NCBI GenBank assembly: GCA_964291235.2
Contig: OZ219816.1
Span: 832,001-896,000 of the forward strand
From: Vicinamibacteria bacterium
GTDB lineage: Bacteria > Acidobacteriota > Vicinamibacteria > Marinacidobacterales > Marinacidobacteraceae
Direction of reading: 5' to 3'
DNA: 64,000 bases
A model generated the notes under the pieces. It searched no databases, was not told the origin of the DNA, and worked only from the letters and a program-made list of their open reading frames with translations. Positions 30,228-38,589 of the stretch are shown here, piece after piece. A program made the translations under genes and the position numbers. Each line of letters opens with the position of its first letter. The first letter of the stretch is position 1.

Positions 30228-32408
30228 TTGCCCGGAATCACCCCGGACACCGAGGTCCGTTTCCTTCCGGGCGTGGGGCCGCGGCGGGCGGCGGCGCTCG
30301 GCGAGATCGGGGTCTTCCGGGCCTCCGACCTGCTCCTGCGGTTGCCGTTTCGCTATGAAGACCGCAGCGAGCACCGCCCGGCGGCCGAACTGGCGGACGG
30401 TGAATCGGCGGCCGCCGAAGTGCTCGTCGGGTCGCTCAGCGTCCGCCCCACGCGGCGGCGGAACCTGCGCATCGTCGAGCTGCGGGGCCACGACGCGAGC
30501 GGCCCGGTGAAGGCGACCTGGTTCAACCAGGTACACCTCAAGCAGATCCTGAAACCGGGGCAGCGGGTGCTCCTCTACGGGAAGGTGCGCCGTCCGTTCG
30601 CCGGCGCGGTTCCCGAGTTTGCGAATCCGGGATACGAACTCGTTTCCGGCGACCGGGATCCGACCCCCCCGGAGCCCGGCGCGGGCGGGGTGCTCCCGCC
30701 TTCCGAAGTGGCCTCCGGGGACGCCGCGGCCGGCGCGCACGCCGGGCGCATCGTGCCCATCTACGAGCGGGTCGGTTCGCTCACCCCGCGGCTCCTCCGC
30801 ACCACCCTGCACCGGTTGCTGGAAAACGGCGACGCGGTGGGGCCCGGCCAGCTTCCCGAGGAGCTGGTGTCGCGGATGGGGCTGCCCTCCCGGCGGCGGG
30901 CGCTCGAAGAGGTCCATTTTCCGCCGGACGGCGCCTCACTGGCCGAGTTCGACCGCAAGCGCTCTCCGGCCCACCAGCGGCTCATTCTGGAGGAGTTCTT
31001 CGTCTTTGCCCTGGGGCTCCAGCTGCGGCGCCGTCAGGACCGCGTCGGGCGGCCCGGAGGGCACCGGTTCACGGTGGACGATGAACTCCGGGACCTGGTC
31101 CGCAAGGTTCTCCCTTTCCGTCTCACGCGTTCCCAGCGGGGAGCGCTCGCCACCATCGCCGACGAGTTCCAGTCCCCGCTGGCCATGCGGCGGCTTCTCC
31201 AGGGGGATGTCGGATCCGGCAAGACGATCGTCGCGGTCATCGCGGCGCTCATCGTCATCCACCACGGGGCCCAGGCGGCGCTCATGGCCCCCACCGAGGT
31301 TCTTGCGGAGCAGCACTTCGCGACCATCCGAAAGCTTCTGGAGCCGCACCGCATTCGGGTGGTGCTGCTCACCGCCGGACTCGGCGCTGCCGAGCGCCGG
31401 GACGCGCTGCAGGCCGTCGCGAGCGGCTGGGCCCAGTTGGTCGTCGGCACGCACTCGCTGATCCAGGAGGGCGCCCGGTTCCGGGATCTCGGGTTCGCGA
31501 TCGTGGACGAGCAGCACCGCTTCGGGGTCGCGCAGCGGCGCACCCTCGTCGAGCGGGGCGGGGGCGCCGATCTGCTGGTGATGACGGCCACTCCGATTCC
31601 GCGCACCCTGACGATGGCGCTGCACGGGGACCTCGATCTGTCGGAGCTTCGCGAGCTGCCTCCGGGCCGGCAGCCGGTGAGCACCCTCGTCCGGGATGCC
31701 AGCGGGCTCCCGGAGGTGTACGCGCGGGTGCGGGAAGAGGTCGGGAAGGGCCGGCAGGCGTTTTATGTCTGTCCCCTGATCGAGGAATCGGAGGAACTGC
31801 CGGGCGCCGGGGTTGAAGCCCGCTTTCGGGAGCTTTCCGGCGGACCGTTTCGGGATCTGCGCGTGGACTTCGTGCACGGCCGCGTTCCGGCGGCGCGCCG
31901 GGAGCAGGTGATGAACGCCTTCGCGGCGGGGGAACTCGACGTGCTGGTCGCCACCACGGTGATCGAGGTGGGGGTGGACGTCCCGAACGCCGCCGTGATG
32001 GTGGTGGAGCACGCGGAGCGTTTCGGGCTCGCGCAGTTGCACCAGCTCCGGGGCAGGGTAGGGAGGGGGTCCGACCCGGCGACGGCGATCCTGGTGGTGG
32101 GCGGGAAACCGACCGAATCCGCGCTCCGCCGGCTCAAGGTGCTCGAAGCGACTACGGACGGGTTCCGGATCGCCGAGGAGGACCTCGCCATCCGGGGCCC
32201 GGGCGATTTCCTCGGTACCCGGCAGTCGGGGATCCCGCCGTTCCGGGTCGCCGAGATCGTGCGCGACGCCGAATTCCTGCGCCTCGCCCGCAAGGAGGCG
32301 AGCGACTTCCTCGGCTCGCCGGCAGCCGCGACGGAGGAGGGCCAACGCATCCTCGCCCACGTCCGGGACACCTGGGGCGAGCGGTTCGGGCTGACCGCGG
32401 GGGGGTAG
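30228..32408 (+). CDS. recG: ATP-dependent DNA helicase RecG
   Basis: RLLQGDVGSGKT, DEQHRFGV, MTATPIPRTL, RFGLAQLHQLRGRVGRG, DLAIRGPG. Confidence 0.97.
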   Translation: MPGITPDTEVRFLPGVGPRRAAALGEIGVFRASDLLLRLPFRYEDRSEHRPAAELADGESAAAEVLVGSLSVRPTRRRNLRIVELRGHDASGPVKATWFNQVHLKQILKPGQRVLLYGKVRRPFAGAVPEFANPGYELVSGDRDPTPPEPGAGGVLPPSEVASGDAAAGAHAGRIVPIYERVGSLTPRLLRTTLHRLLENGDAVGPGQLPEELVSRMGLPSRRRALEEVHFPPDGASLAEFDRKRSPAHQRLILEEFFVFALGLQLRRRQDRVGRPGGHRFTVDDELRDLVRKVLPFRLTRSQRGALATIADEFQSPLAMRRLLQGDVGSGKTIVAVIAALIVIHHGAQAALMAPTEVLAEQHFATIRKLLEPHRIRVVLLTAGLGAAERRDALQAVASGWAQLVVGTHSLIQEGARFRDLGFAIVDEQHRFGVAQRRTLVERGGGADLLVMTATPIPRTLTMALHGDLDLSELRELPPGRQPVSTLVRDASGLPEVYARVREEVGKGRQAFYVCPLIEESEELPGAGVEARFRELSGGPFRDLRVDFVHGRVPAARREQVMNAFAAGELDVLVATTVIEVGVDVPNAAVMVVEHAERFGLAQLHQLRGRVGRGSDPATAILVVGGKPTESALRRLKVLEATTDGFRIAEEDLAIRGPGDFLGTRQSGIPPFRVAEIVRDAEFLRLARKEASDFLGSPAAATEEGQRILAHVRDTWGERFGLTAGG

Positions 32409-32490
32409 CGGGCGGAGTTGGGACCGCTGGCCTCCGGCCGGCATCTCAAGCCTCCGGCGGGCGGGAGGTGCGAACGGGGAGGGGTCGCGG

Positions 32491-32835
32491 CTATCGGCCT
32501 TCGCGGGCGCCGGCCGGCCCCGAGTGTGCCTCCAGATGGATCTCCATCAGCGTCTCCAGCCGAACGATGCGGTCCGAAAGTGTCGTCTCCAGCCGGGTGA
32601 TGCGATCCGAGAGTCTGGTCTCCACCTGGGTGATGCGGTCCGAGAGTTTGGTTTCCACCTGGGTGATGCGGTCCGAGAGTTTGGTCTCCACCAGATTGAC
32701 GCGATCCCCGAGCCGGTTTTCCATGTCGGCCATCCGGCTGTGGGTGCTCGTTGTCGTATAGAACATCGCGACGATCAGGGTGCCAAGCAGCACGGGCATG
32801 GTGCTGTCCCTGACTGTTCTCCACCTGGTGCTCAT
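32491..32835 (-). CDS. Small membrane-anchored coiled-coil protein with 11-aa tandem repeats
   Basis: TM segment followed by about 5 copies of LSDRITQVETK-like units. Confidence 0.7.
   Translation of the reverse strand: MSTRWRTVRDSTMPVLLGTLIVAMFYTTTSTHSRMADMENRLGDRVNLVETKLSDRITQVETKLSDRITQVETRLSDRITRLETTLSDRIVRLETLMEIHLEAHSGPAGAREGR
32550..32715. repeat. 33-bp coding tandem repeat, about 5 units
   Basis: Units such as GGTGATGCGGTCCGAGAGTTTGGTCTCCACCTG lie back to back with no spacers. Confidence 0.85.
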
Positions 32836-32937
32836 GAGTGCCTTCTCTGTTCGGGTTGGCGCAGTCTAGCAAGACGTTTGACAGGGGGATGTGGCGCCGG
32901 GTGCGGCATGAACGGGATCTCGTGGGTGGATGGCATC

Positions 32938-34125
32938 TCAACTTGCCCGGATTCCGGAGACCGCCGCCTGCTGCGCGTCTTCTTCGGTAGCGCGATCGTC
33001 GCCGGCCCCCAGGGGATGGACCGCATCTCCATCCATCGTGGGCCGGAGCAGCGCGTTTGCGAAGGGATCGGATCCTCGCGATTCACTCCCCGCGTTCGGC
33101 GATTCGGCCTCGACCGGTTCGGGGAACCAGCGATCGTCGATTCCCTGCTGCGTGACGCTGGTGCGGGCCGCCTCCCGGGTGAGGAAGACCGCGAACTCAT
33201 GGGGACCGCCGTTCCGCCACTGCCGCACGGTCTCGGGCAGCGCCATCGGGTGTTCCATGGCCCGGTCGCCAATGACGCATCCGGGCCGGTAGGTGCGGAT
33301 GGCGTTGCCGAAGACGCTGTATTTCCGGCCGACCCGGTCCGTCAGCGCGTAGGTCATCGGGCCGGCCACCACGACCACGTGGGCGAGACCTACCGTCCGA
33401 TGGGCGAGGTCCCACGCATCCAGGGGCGCCGATTCCGGGCTCGTGTCCCGCGGGCGGAGTCCGATGGCGAAAACGGGACGGGTTCGCCGCTCGCTCCCGA
33501 TCAGGTGGATCAGGCCCTCGACCCCCTCTTCGTTGCGGATGATCCACGGCGCCGGGAGCAGGCGCCAACCGTAGTCCACGAGTCCGGGCGAACGGGCCAG
33601 CCAGCGCACGATCCCGGGAACCCACAGAGGGGCGCTACGCTGCGCCAGGAGCCGGCCGGGGGCGAGCAGCATGGCGCGGAGCCGGCTCGTCGCTTCCGAA
33701 CCGAAGACGGTGACAACCGCTTTCCAGGCGGCCGATCCGGCGGCCGAGCCAGCCTCGACGGACACCCCGAAGTACCGGCTCGATCCCGCCTCCCGATCGA
33801 CGGCTCGTACGATGGCGCCCGCGGATCGATGACCCTCGACATGCAGTTTCCTGCCTTCCGGACCGAAGGCCGCTTCGAATTCGGGAGGCAGGGCCCCGAC
33901 GTGCGCGGCCAGCCATTTGAGGATCTGCCGCCGCGTATGGTCGAACGCGCCCTCCGCGCCTCCGGTCGCGATCTCCGCGGATACCGCGACCGCGGGTCGG
34001 AGTTCCGACCGTCCGGGGAAGGCGCCGGCAAGCGCTGCCCGACGGGCGCGCGGCGTCCGGAGAACATCCGGTTCGGGTTGAATCCGGCGGCGGGCCGGAT
34101 CAGGGACAGGAAAAGGCATGGGCAT
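32938..34125 (-). CDS. Hypothetical protein (about 395 aa)
   Basis: GGAG RBS before ATG 34125. Globular-looking core RTRPVFAI...GLAHVVVV...YSVFGNAIRTYRPG...HPMAL. Confidence 0.6.
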   Translation of the reverse strand: MPMPFPVPDPARRRIQPEPDVLRTPRARRAALAGAFPGRSELRPAVAVSAEIATGGAEGAFDHTRRQILKWLAAHVGALPPEFEAAFGPEGRKLHVEGHRSAGAIVRAVDREAGSSRYFGVSVEAGSAAGSAAWKAVVTVFGSEATSRLRAMLLAPGRLLAQRSAPLWVPGIVRWLARSPGLVDYGWRLLPAPWIIRNEEGVEGLIHLIGSERRTRPVFAIGLRPRDTSPESAPLDAWDLAHRTVGLAHVVVVAGPMTYALTDRVGRKYSVFGNAIRTYRPGCVIGDRAMEHPMALPETVRQWRNGGPHEFAVFLTREAARTSVTQQGIDDRWFPEPVEAESPNAGSESRGSDPFANALLRPTMDGDAVHPLGAGDDRATEEDAQQAAVSGIRAS

Positions 34126-34190
34126 GATGGCTCCTTGGCAGGGCGGCTCCGGACGAGCCGGGGTGTTGTTTGCAATCGGGAGGTTCCGAG

Positions 34191-34838
34191 GTGAGCGTGC
34201 GGATCGCGGGTGGCGTCTTCGCCGGCCGGGTCCTGACCGGCCCCCCGCGGCCGGACCGTCGCCGGTCGCGCCCCACCGCGAAGCCGACGCGGCCAACGGC
34301 GGTGAGGCTCCGCAAGAGTCTGTTCACCGTTGTCGCGGACGACCTCGTGGAGGCCCGGGTCCTGGACCTGTTCGCCGGGGTGGGGACGCTGGGCTTTGAG
34401 GCGGTGTCGCGGGGAGCCCGGCAGTGCGTGTTCGTGGAGCGTTCGCCGCGGATGGCCCGCGTGATCGAGCGCAACGCGGAGCGGCTCGAAATCGGTGCTG
34501 TTGAAGTTGTGGTGGGGGACGCGCTGCGCGAACTCCGCCGGTTCGGGCGCGAGGGAAGACGGTTCGAGGTGGTTTTCCTCGATCCGCCCTGGGAAGACTG
34601 GGAGACCGGGACCGCAGCGAAGTTGATCGGCGAAGCCATTGGCCTCGCGCCCCTGGTGGTTGCCGAACACCGTTCTTCCTGGACCCCGCCGGTCACGGTC
34701 ACCGGCGCGGAGCCGGAATCCGGGTCTTCACACACTCCCCCCGCCGGGGTGAAGACCCGGACTACAGCCGCCGGGGATGGTGCGTTTTCGCTGTACCGGC
34801 GGGAGGAGGAGACGACAGGGGGCCGCACCCCTTCCTAG
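34191..34838 (+). CDS. rsmD: 16S rRNA m2G966 methyltransferase RsmD
   Basis: VRIAGG, TRPT, VLDLFAGVGTLGFEAVSRGA, VFLDPPW; upstream of coaD. Confidence 0.88.
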   Translation: MSVRIAGGVFAGRVLTGPPRPDRRRSRPTAKPTRPTAVRLRKSLFTVVADDLVEARVLDLFAGVGTLGFEAVSRGARQCVFVERSPRMARVIERNAERLEIGAVEVVVGDALRELRRFGREGRRFEVVFLDPPWEDWETGTAAKLIGEAIGLAPLVVAEHRSSWTPPVTVTGAEPESGSSHTPPAGVKTRTTAAGDGAFSLYRREEETTGGRTPS

Positions 34839-35055
34839 ACGAAATTTCGATGCGGGTCTTCCCACCCGACACCCGAATTCGGCCCGAATGTGGAAAAGTC
34901 GGCTTGAAGAACGGCAAAAGAGCCGGAATCCCCCGGCTGGCCTCGCCGGGGCACGGCCGCGGCGGTAGAACCGCATTGCGGGAACCGAGGCGGCGCCCAC
35001 CCCGCCATTCGTCGGACAGCGGCCGTATGCTAGGTTTCGCCCGCGCCCTCACGGA

Positions 35056-35583
35056 GTGGCGCTGAACTTGGAACGAACCTCCCGCCTGGCCATCTGCCCG
35101 GGGTCCTTCGACCCTTTGACGCTGGGACACGTGGACATCATCCGGCGCGCCGCCCGGCAATTCGACCGGGTCCTCGTCGCGGTCCTGCACAACACCGGGA
35201 AGGCCCCGCTCTTCACGGTCCCGGAGCGCCTCAATTTCATTCGCGCGACCTTTCAGGACGACTCGGCCGTGGAGGCGGACGCCTTTTCCGGGTTGCTCGT
35301 GGACTACGCCCGGCGGCGGGGAGCCACCGCGATCGTCCGCGGCATCCGGGCAGTTTCAGACTTCGAGTACGAATTCCAGATGGCGCTCATGAATCGCCGG
35401 CTCGCGCCCGAGGTGGAGACGGTCTTCCTGACACCGGCGGAGGAGTATTCGTACGTCAGCTCGAGGTTGATCAAGGAGATCACCGCGCTTTCCGGCGACG
35501 TCAGCGGCCTGGTCCCGGATGCGGTGGCGCGGCGCCTGGCCGAGAAGTTCCCGTCCGCGCCCAACCCCGCCGTCACCGGGTGA
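35056..35583 (+). CDS. coaD: Phosphopantetheine adenylyltransferase
   Basis: PGSFDPLTLGHVDII, RGIRAVSDFEYEFQMALMNR, YVSSRLIKE. Confidence 0.96.
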   Translation: MALNLERTSRLAICPGSFDPLTLGHVDIIRRAARQFDRVLVAVLHNTGKAPLFTVPERLNFIRATFQDDSAVEADAFSGLLVDYARRRGATAIVRGIRAVSDFEYEFQMALMNRRLAPEVETVFLTPAEEYSYVSSRLIKEITALSGDVSGLVPDAVARRLAEKFPSAPNPAVTG

Positions 35584-35616
35584 TTCACCCCGTGACATCT
35601 CGCTCCTGACATCTTC

Positions 35617-36804
35617 ATGACCGATCCCGCAATCCATCTCGCCCAGCGTATTTCTGCGATTTCTCCCTCGCCGACGATGGCGGTCATGGCGGAGGCGATG
35701 CGCCTTCGCGCCGCCGGAGAGAACGTGGTGGACTTTTCGGCCGGACAGCCCGACTTCGATACGCCGTCGCTCGCGAGGGAGGCCGGGATCCAGGCCATCG
35801 AATCGGGATACACCCGGTACACCCCGAACCCGGGGGCGCCCGATCTGCGGGCGGCGGTCGCTGATTGCTACCGGCGCGACTTCGACCTCGACTTCGGGGC
35901 CGGCAACGTCCTCATCACCTCGGGAGGCAAGCACGCTCTCACCGGGTTGTTGCTCGCCACCTGCGAGGAAGGGGACGAGGTGGTGATCCCGACGCCCTAC
36001 TGGCCGACCTTCCCCGAGCAGGTGAAGATCGCCGGGGCCGCGCCGGTCCTCGCCCGCGCCGGAGAAGAGAGCGGGTTCCGGCCCACCCGGGACGTCATCG
36101 AGCCAGCGATGACCGATCGCACCCGGTGCATCATCTTCAACATTCCGGGGAATCCGTCCGGGGTGGTGCTCTCGGCGGGTGAGTTGGAGGCGGTGGCGCA
36201 CCTGGCGCTCGAGGCCGACGCCTACCTGCTCTGGGATGACACCTACGCCCGGCTCACCTTCGAGCCGGCGCCGGAAGGCGCCTACCGGCGGATGCAGGAA
36301 ATTCTCGGACACCGGTTCGTCATTGCCGGCGGAGCCTCGAAGACCTACGCCATGACTGGCTGGCGGCTCGGGTGGGCGCTCGGCCCGGAACCGGTCATCA
36401 AGGGCGCCGCCTCGCTGCAGAGCCAGATGACGTCCAACGCGAGTTCCATTTCACAAAAGGCGGCGCTCGCCGCGGTGACGGCGGACCCCGCCGGTTTCGC
36501 CTGGATGACCGAGGAGTTCGCCCGCCGGATGGTGCGGATGCGGAACGGCCTGCTGCAGATCGAGGGGCTCCGCTGCGGGCCCGCCGACGGCGGCTTCTAT
36601 CTGTTCCCGAACTTCGAGGCGGTCCTGCGGCCGGGCGAAGGGTCCGGCGAGCTCGCTGCCGCGCTGCTCGACGAGCAGCGGGTCGCCACGGTGCCGGGAG
36701 TGGCCTTCGGCCACGACACCCACCTCAGGCTCAGCTACGCCACTTCGGACGAGATCATCGACGAGGGCGTGGGGCGGATCCGGCGGTTCTTCGCGGCGCG
36801 CTGA
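35617..36804 (+). CDS. Class I/II PLP aminotransferase (aspartate aminotransferase-like)
   Basis: GQPDFDTP, PGNPSG, SKTYAMTGWRLG, LRLSYA. Confidence 0.92.
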   Translation: MTDPAIHLAQRISAISPSPTMAVMAEAMRLRAAGENVVDFSAGQPDFDTPSLAREAGIQAIESGYTRYTPNPGAPDLRAAVADCYRRDFDLDFGAGNVLITSGGKHALTGLLLATCEEGDEVVIPTPYWPTFPEQVKIAGAAPVLARAGEESGFRPTRDVIEPAMTDRTRCIIFNIPGNPSGVVLSAGELEAVAHLALEADAYLLWDDTYARLTFEPAPEGAYRRMQEILGHRFVIAGGASKTYAMTGWRLGWALGPEPVIKGAASLQSQMTSNASSISQKAALAAVTADPAGFAWMTEEFARRMVRMRNGLLQIEGLRCGPADGGFYLFPNFEAVLRPGEGSGELAAALLDEQRVATVPGVAFGHDTHLRLSYATSDEIIDEGVGRIRRFFAAR

Positions 36805-37051
36805 GACGGCGAACCTACGGTCGGAACCACTACCCCATACAGAGCAACGAGCGGGCCGTCCCTCCGCCATTGGTCCAGTCTGCACGCGATCGAGAAGCTA
36901 AGGGGCGGGACCTGCGCGGCAACCGTTCCTAGCTAGCCCGGATTTCTCATCCCTCCGTCGTAGAGATCTATGCAGGATGGTTCCCCTCTCGGCGAGAACC
37001 CAACTAGCCTTGATGTCGGACAGGCACGGGAGCCCCCTATAGGATCGGCGA

Positions 37052-37243
37052 CGTCCTGCGGGAGCCGAGATTCGGCTGCCGTTGTATCAACTCAGGTTGG
37101 CCAATCCGCCGGGAGTACTAACTGAGCCCCGGTGCCGCGAGCACCTACGGTGGACACGTACCCCGACGGATGGCCGTGATGGACGACCAGTGGAGAGTCG
37201 GTTCCAATCGAGAACCAGTATAGGGGCTGGACAGCATCGCGGC
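37052..37243 (+). ncRNA. Putative IS110 bridge RNA (target-binding loop about 37101-37173; donor-binding loop about 37173-37243)
   Basis: Loop 1: GAGCCCC-[GGTGC cgcga GCACC]-taCGGTGG-AC matches target GAGCCC(CC)ACCG. Loop 2: GTGGAGAGTC-[GGTTC caatcga GAACC]-agTATAGG-GG matches donor GTGGAAAGT(CC)TATA. The 5' end is inferred from the TAGGAT -10. Confidence 0.8.
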
Positions 37244-37286
37244 GCGGCGGACCTCCGGCGGAGCGCAAGCTCGAAGGAAGACAGCG

Positions 37287-38549
37287 ATGAAGCAGAAGCT
37301 GAGCTGGTTCGTGGGCATCGACTGGGGCGAGCAGAGCCACCAGGTGTGCCTGTGCGACAGGCGCGGGAAGGTGCGCGGGGAGCGCGCCTTCGCGCACAAG
37401 GGATCGGGGCTGGCGGCCCTGGTGAAGTGGCTTAGGAAGCAGACGGGTGTGCCGCCGGCGCGGGTGGCGGTCGCGATCGAGCGGCCGGATGGGGCGGTGG
37501 TGGCGACGCTGCTGGAGGCGGGGTTTGCGGTCTATGCGGTGAACCCGCGGCAGACGAGCCACCTGCGGAAGTTCATCTCCCACCCGGGGCACAAGAACGA
37601 CCGGCGGGACGCCCGGATGTTGGCCACCACGCTGCAGGCGAGCCTGGCGGGGTTCCGCCTGCTGGTGCCGCTACCGGGGTTGGTGCTGCGGCTGCGGGAG
37701 CGGACCCGGACGGCGGACCGTCTGCTCCAGGAGCAGGTCCGGCAGTGCCTGCGGATCCGGAGTGCGCTGGTGGACTACTTCCCGCAACTGCTGGAGGTGG
37801 CCGGCGAGGCGAAGAACCTGGGGGCTCCGTTCTTCCGGGAGTTGTGGGCTCGGGCTTCTACGCCGGCGAAAGCGCGGAAGGTGTGGTTGTCCACGTTGGA
37901 GAAGCTGGTCCGGCGGTATGGAGTGACCCGGATCAGCGCCGCGCGGATCCAGGCGTTGTTCCGGGAGCCGGCGCTGGTGATGGCGCCGGGGGCGACCGAG
38001 GCGGCGGTGGAGACGATCCGCACGGCGCTCGCACAGTTGGAGGTTGTGCGGGCGGAACTCGTCCGGGCGGAGGGCCAGATGACCCAACTGCTGGACGAGT
38101 TCTCGGAGACGGCGGAGGCCGGGGGTGGTTCGGATGCCACGGGCCCGGATCTGGTGAGCGCGTTGCGCTCGCGCCCGGGCGCGGGGGACAAGGCGCTGGC
38201 CCGGTTGTTCGCCTGGGGCTTCGAGGCGCTCTCGGAGGGGAACTACCGCCGTCTGCGCGCCTACTGTGGGGTAGCCCCGATCGAGGACCAGTCCGGCAAG
38301 TCCGCACAGCTCCGGCAACGGCGCGCCGTTCCCAGTTCGCTGCAACACGCCACCTACATCCTGGCGCGGGGGGTCGTCCGCTGGGACGAGAAGGTGGCGG
38401 CCTACAACCGGAAGTTGAAGGCGGAAGGGAAGCACACGGCCCGGCGCCACCGGAGCATCGCGGATCAACAACTCCGGGTGCTGTGCGCGATGGCCCGGAA
38501 CCGAACCCTCTTTGATCCCAACTTCTCCCAGAAGCGGAGGGCCGCCTAA
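37287..38549 (+). CDS. IS110-family transposase/recombinase (DEDD RuvC-like domain plus Transposase_20 domain)
   Basis: FVGIDWG (D), VAIE (E), KNDRRD (D,D), VYAVNP, AYCGVAPIEDQSGKS (conserved Ser). AAGGA RBS. Confidence 0.95.
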   Translation: MKQKLSWFVGIDWGEQSHQVCLCDRRGKVRGERAFAHKGSGLAALVKWLRKQTGVPPARVAVAIERPDGAVVATLLEAGFAVYAVNPRQTSHLRKFISHPGHKNDRRDARMLATTLQASLAGFRLLVPLPGLVLRLRERTRTADRLLQEQVRQCLRIRSALVDYFPQLLEVAGEAKNLGAPFFRELWARASTPAKARKVWLSTLEKLVRRYGVTRISAARIQALFREPALVMAPGATEAAVETIRTALAQLEVVRAELVRAEGQMTQLLDEFSETAEAGGGSDATGPDLVSALRSRPGAGDKALARLFAWGFEALSEGNYRRLRAYCGVAPIEDQSGKSAQLRQRRAVPSSLQHATYILARGVVRWDEKVAAYNRKLKAEGKHTARRHRSIADQQLRVLCAMARNRTLFDPNFSQKRRAA

Positions 38550-38589
38550 CGCTCTTGCGTTCTCGTGGAAAGTCCACCGGGAGAACTGG

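Larger units (their letters stand above)
37036..38575 (+). mobile_element. IS110-family insertion sequence, inferred full extent (CC core at 37036-37 and 38574-75)
   Basis: DEDD recombinase preceded by about 250 bp of structured non-coding sequence. No TIR or TSD beyond the shared CC. Ends are defined by four guide-like matches and by a -35/-10 promoter formed on circularisation. Confidence 0.85.

Noticed and set aside
32550-32715. 33-bp repeats as a CRISPR array
   Set aside because: Units are contiguous with no unique spacers, are in frame with a coiled-coil ORF, and no cas genes are present.
36962-36980. Alternative IS110 left end at GAGATC|TATGCAGGAT (TC core)
   Set aside because: It gives a poorer junction promoter and does not match the guide loops, whereas the CC core at 37036-37 satisfies all four guide matches.
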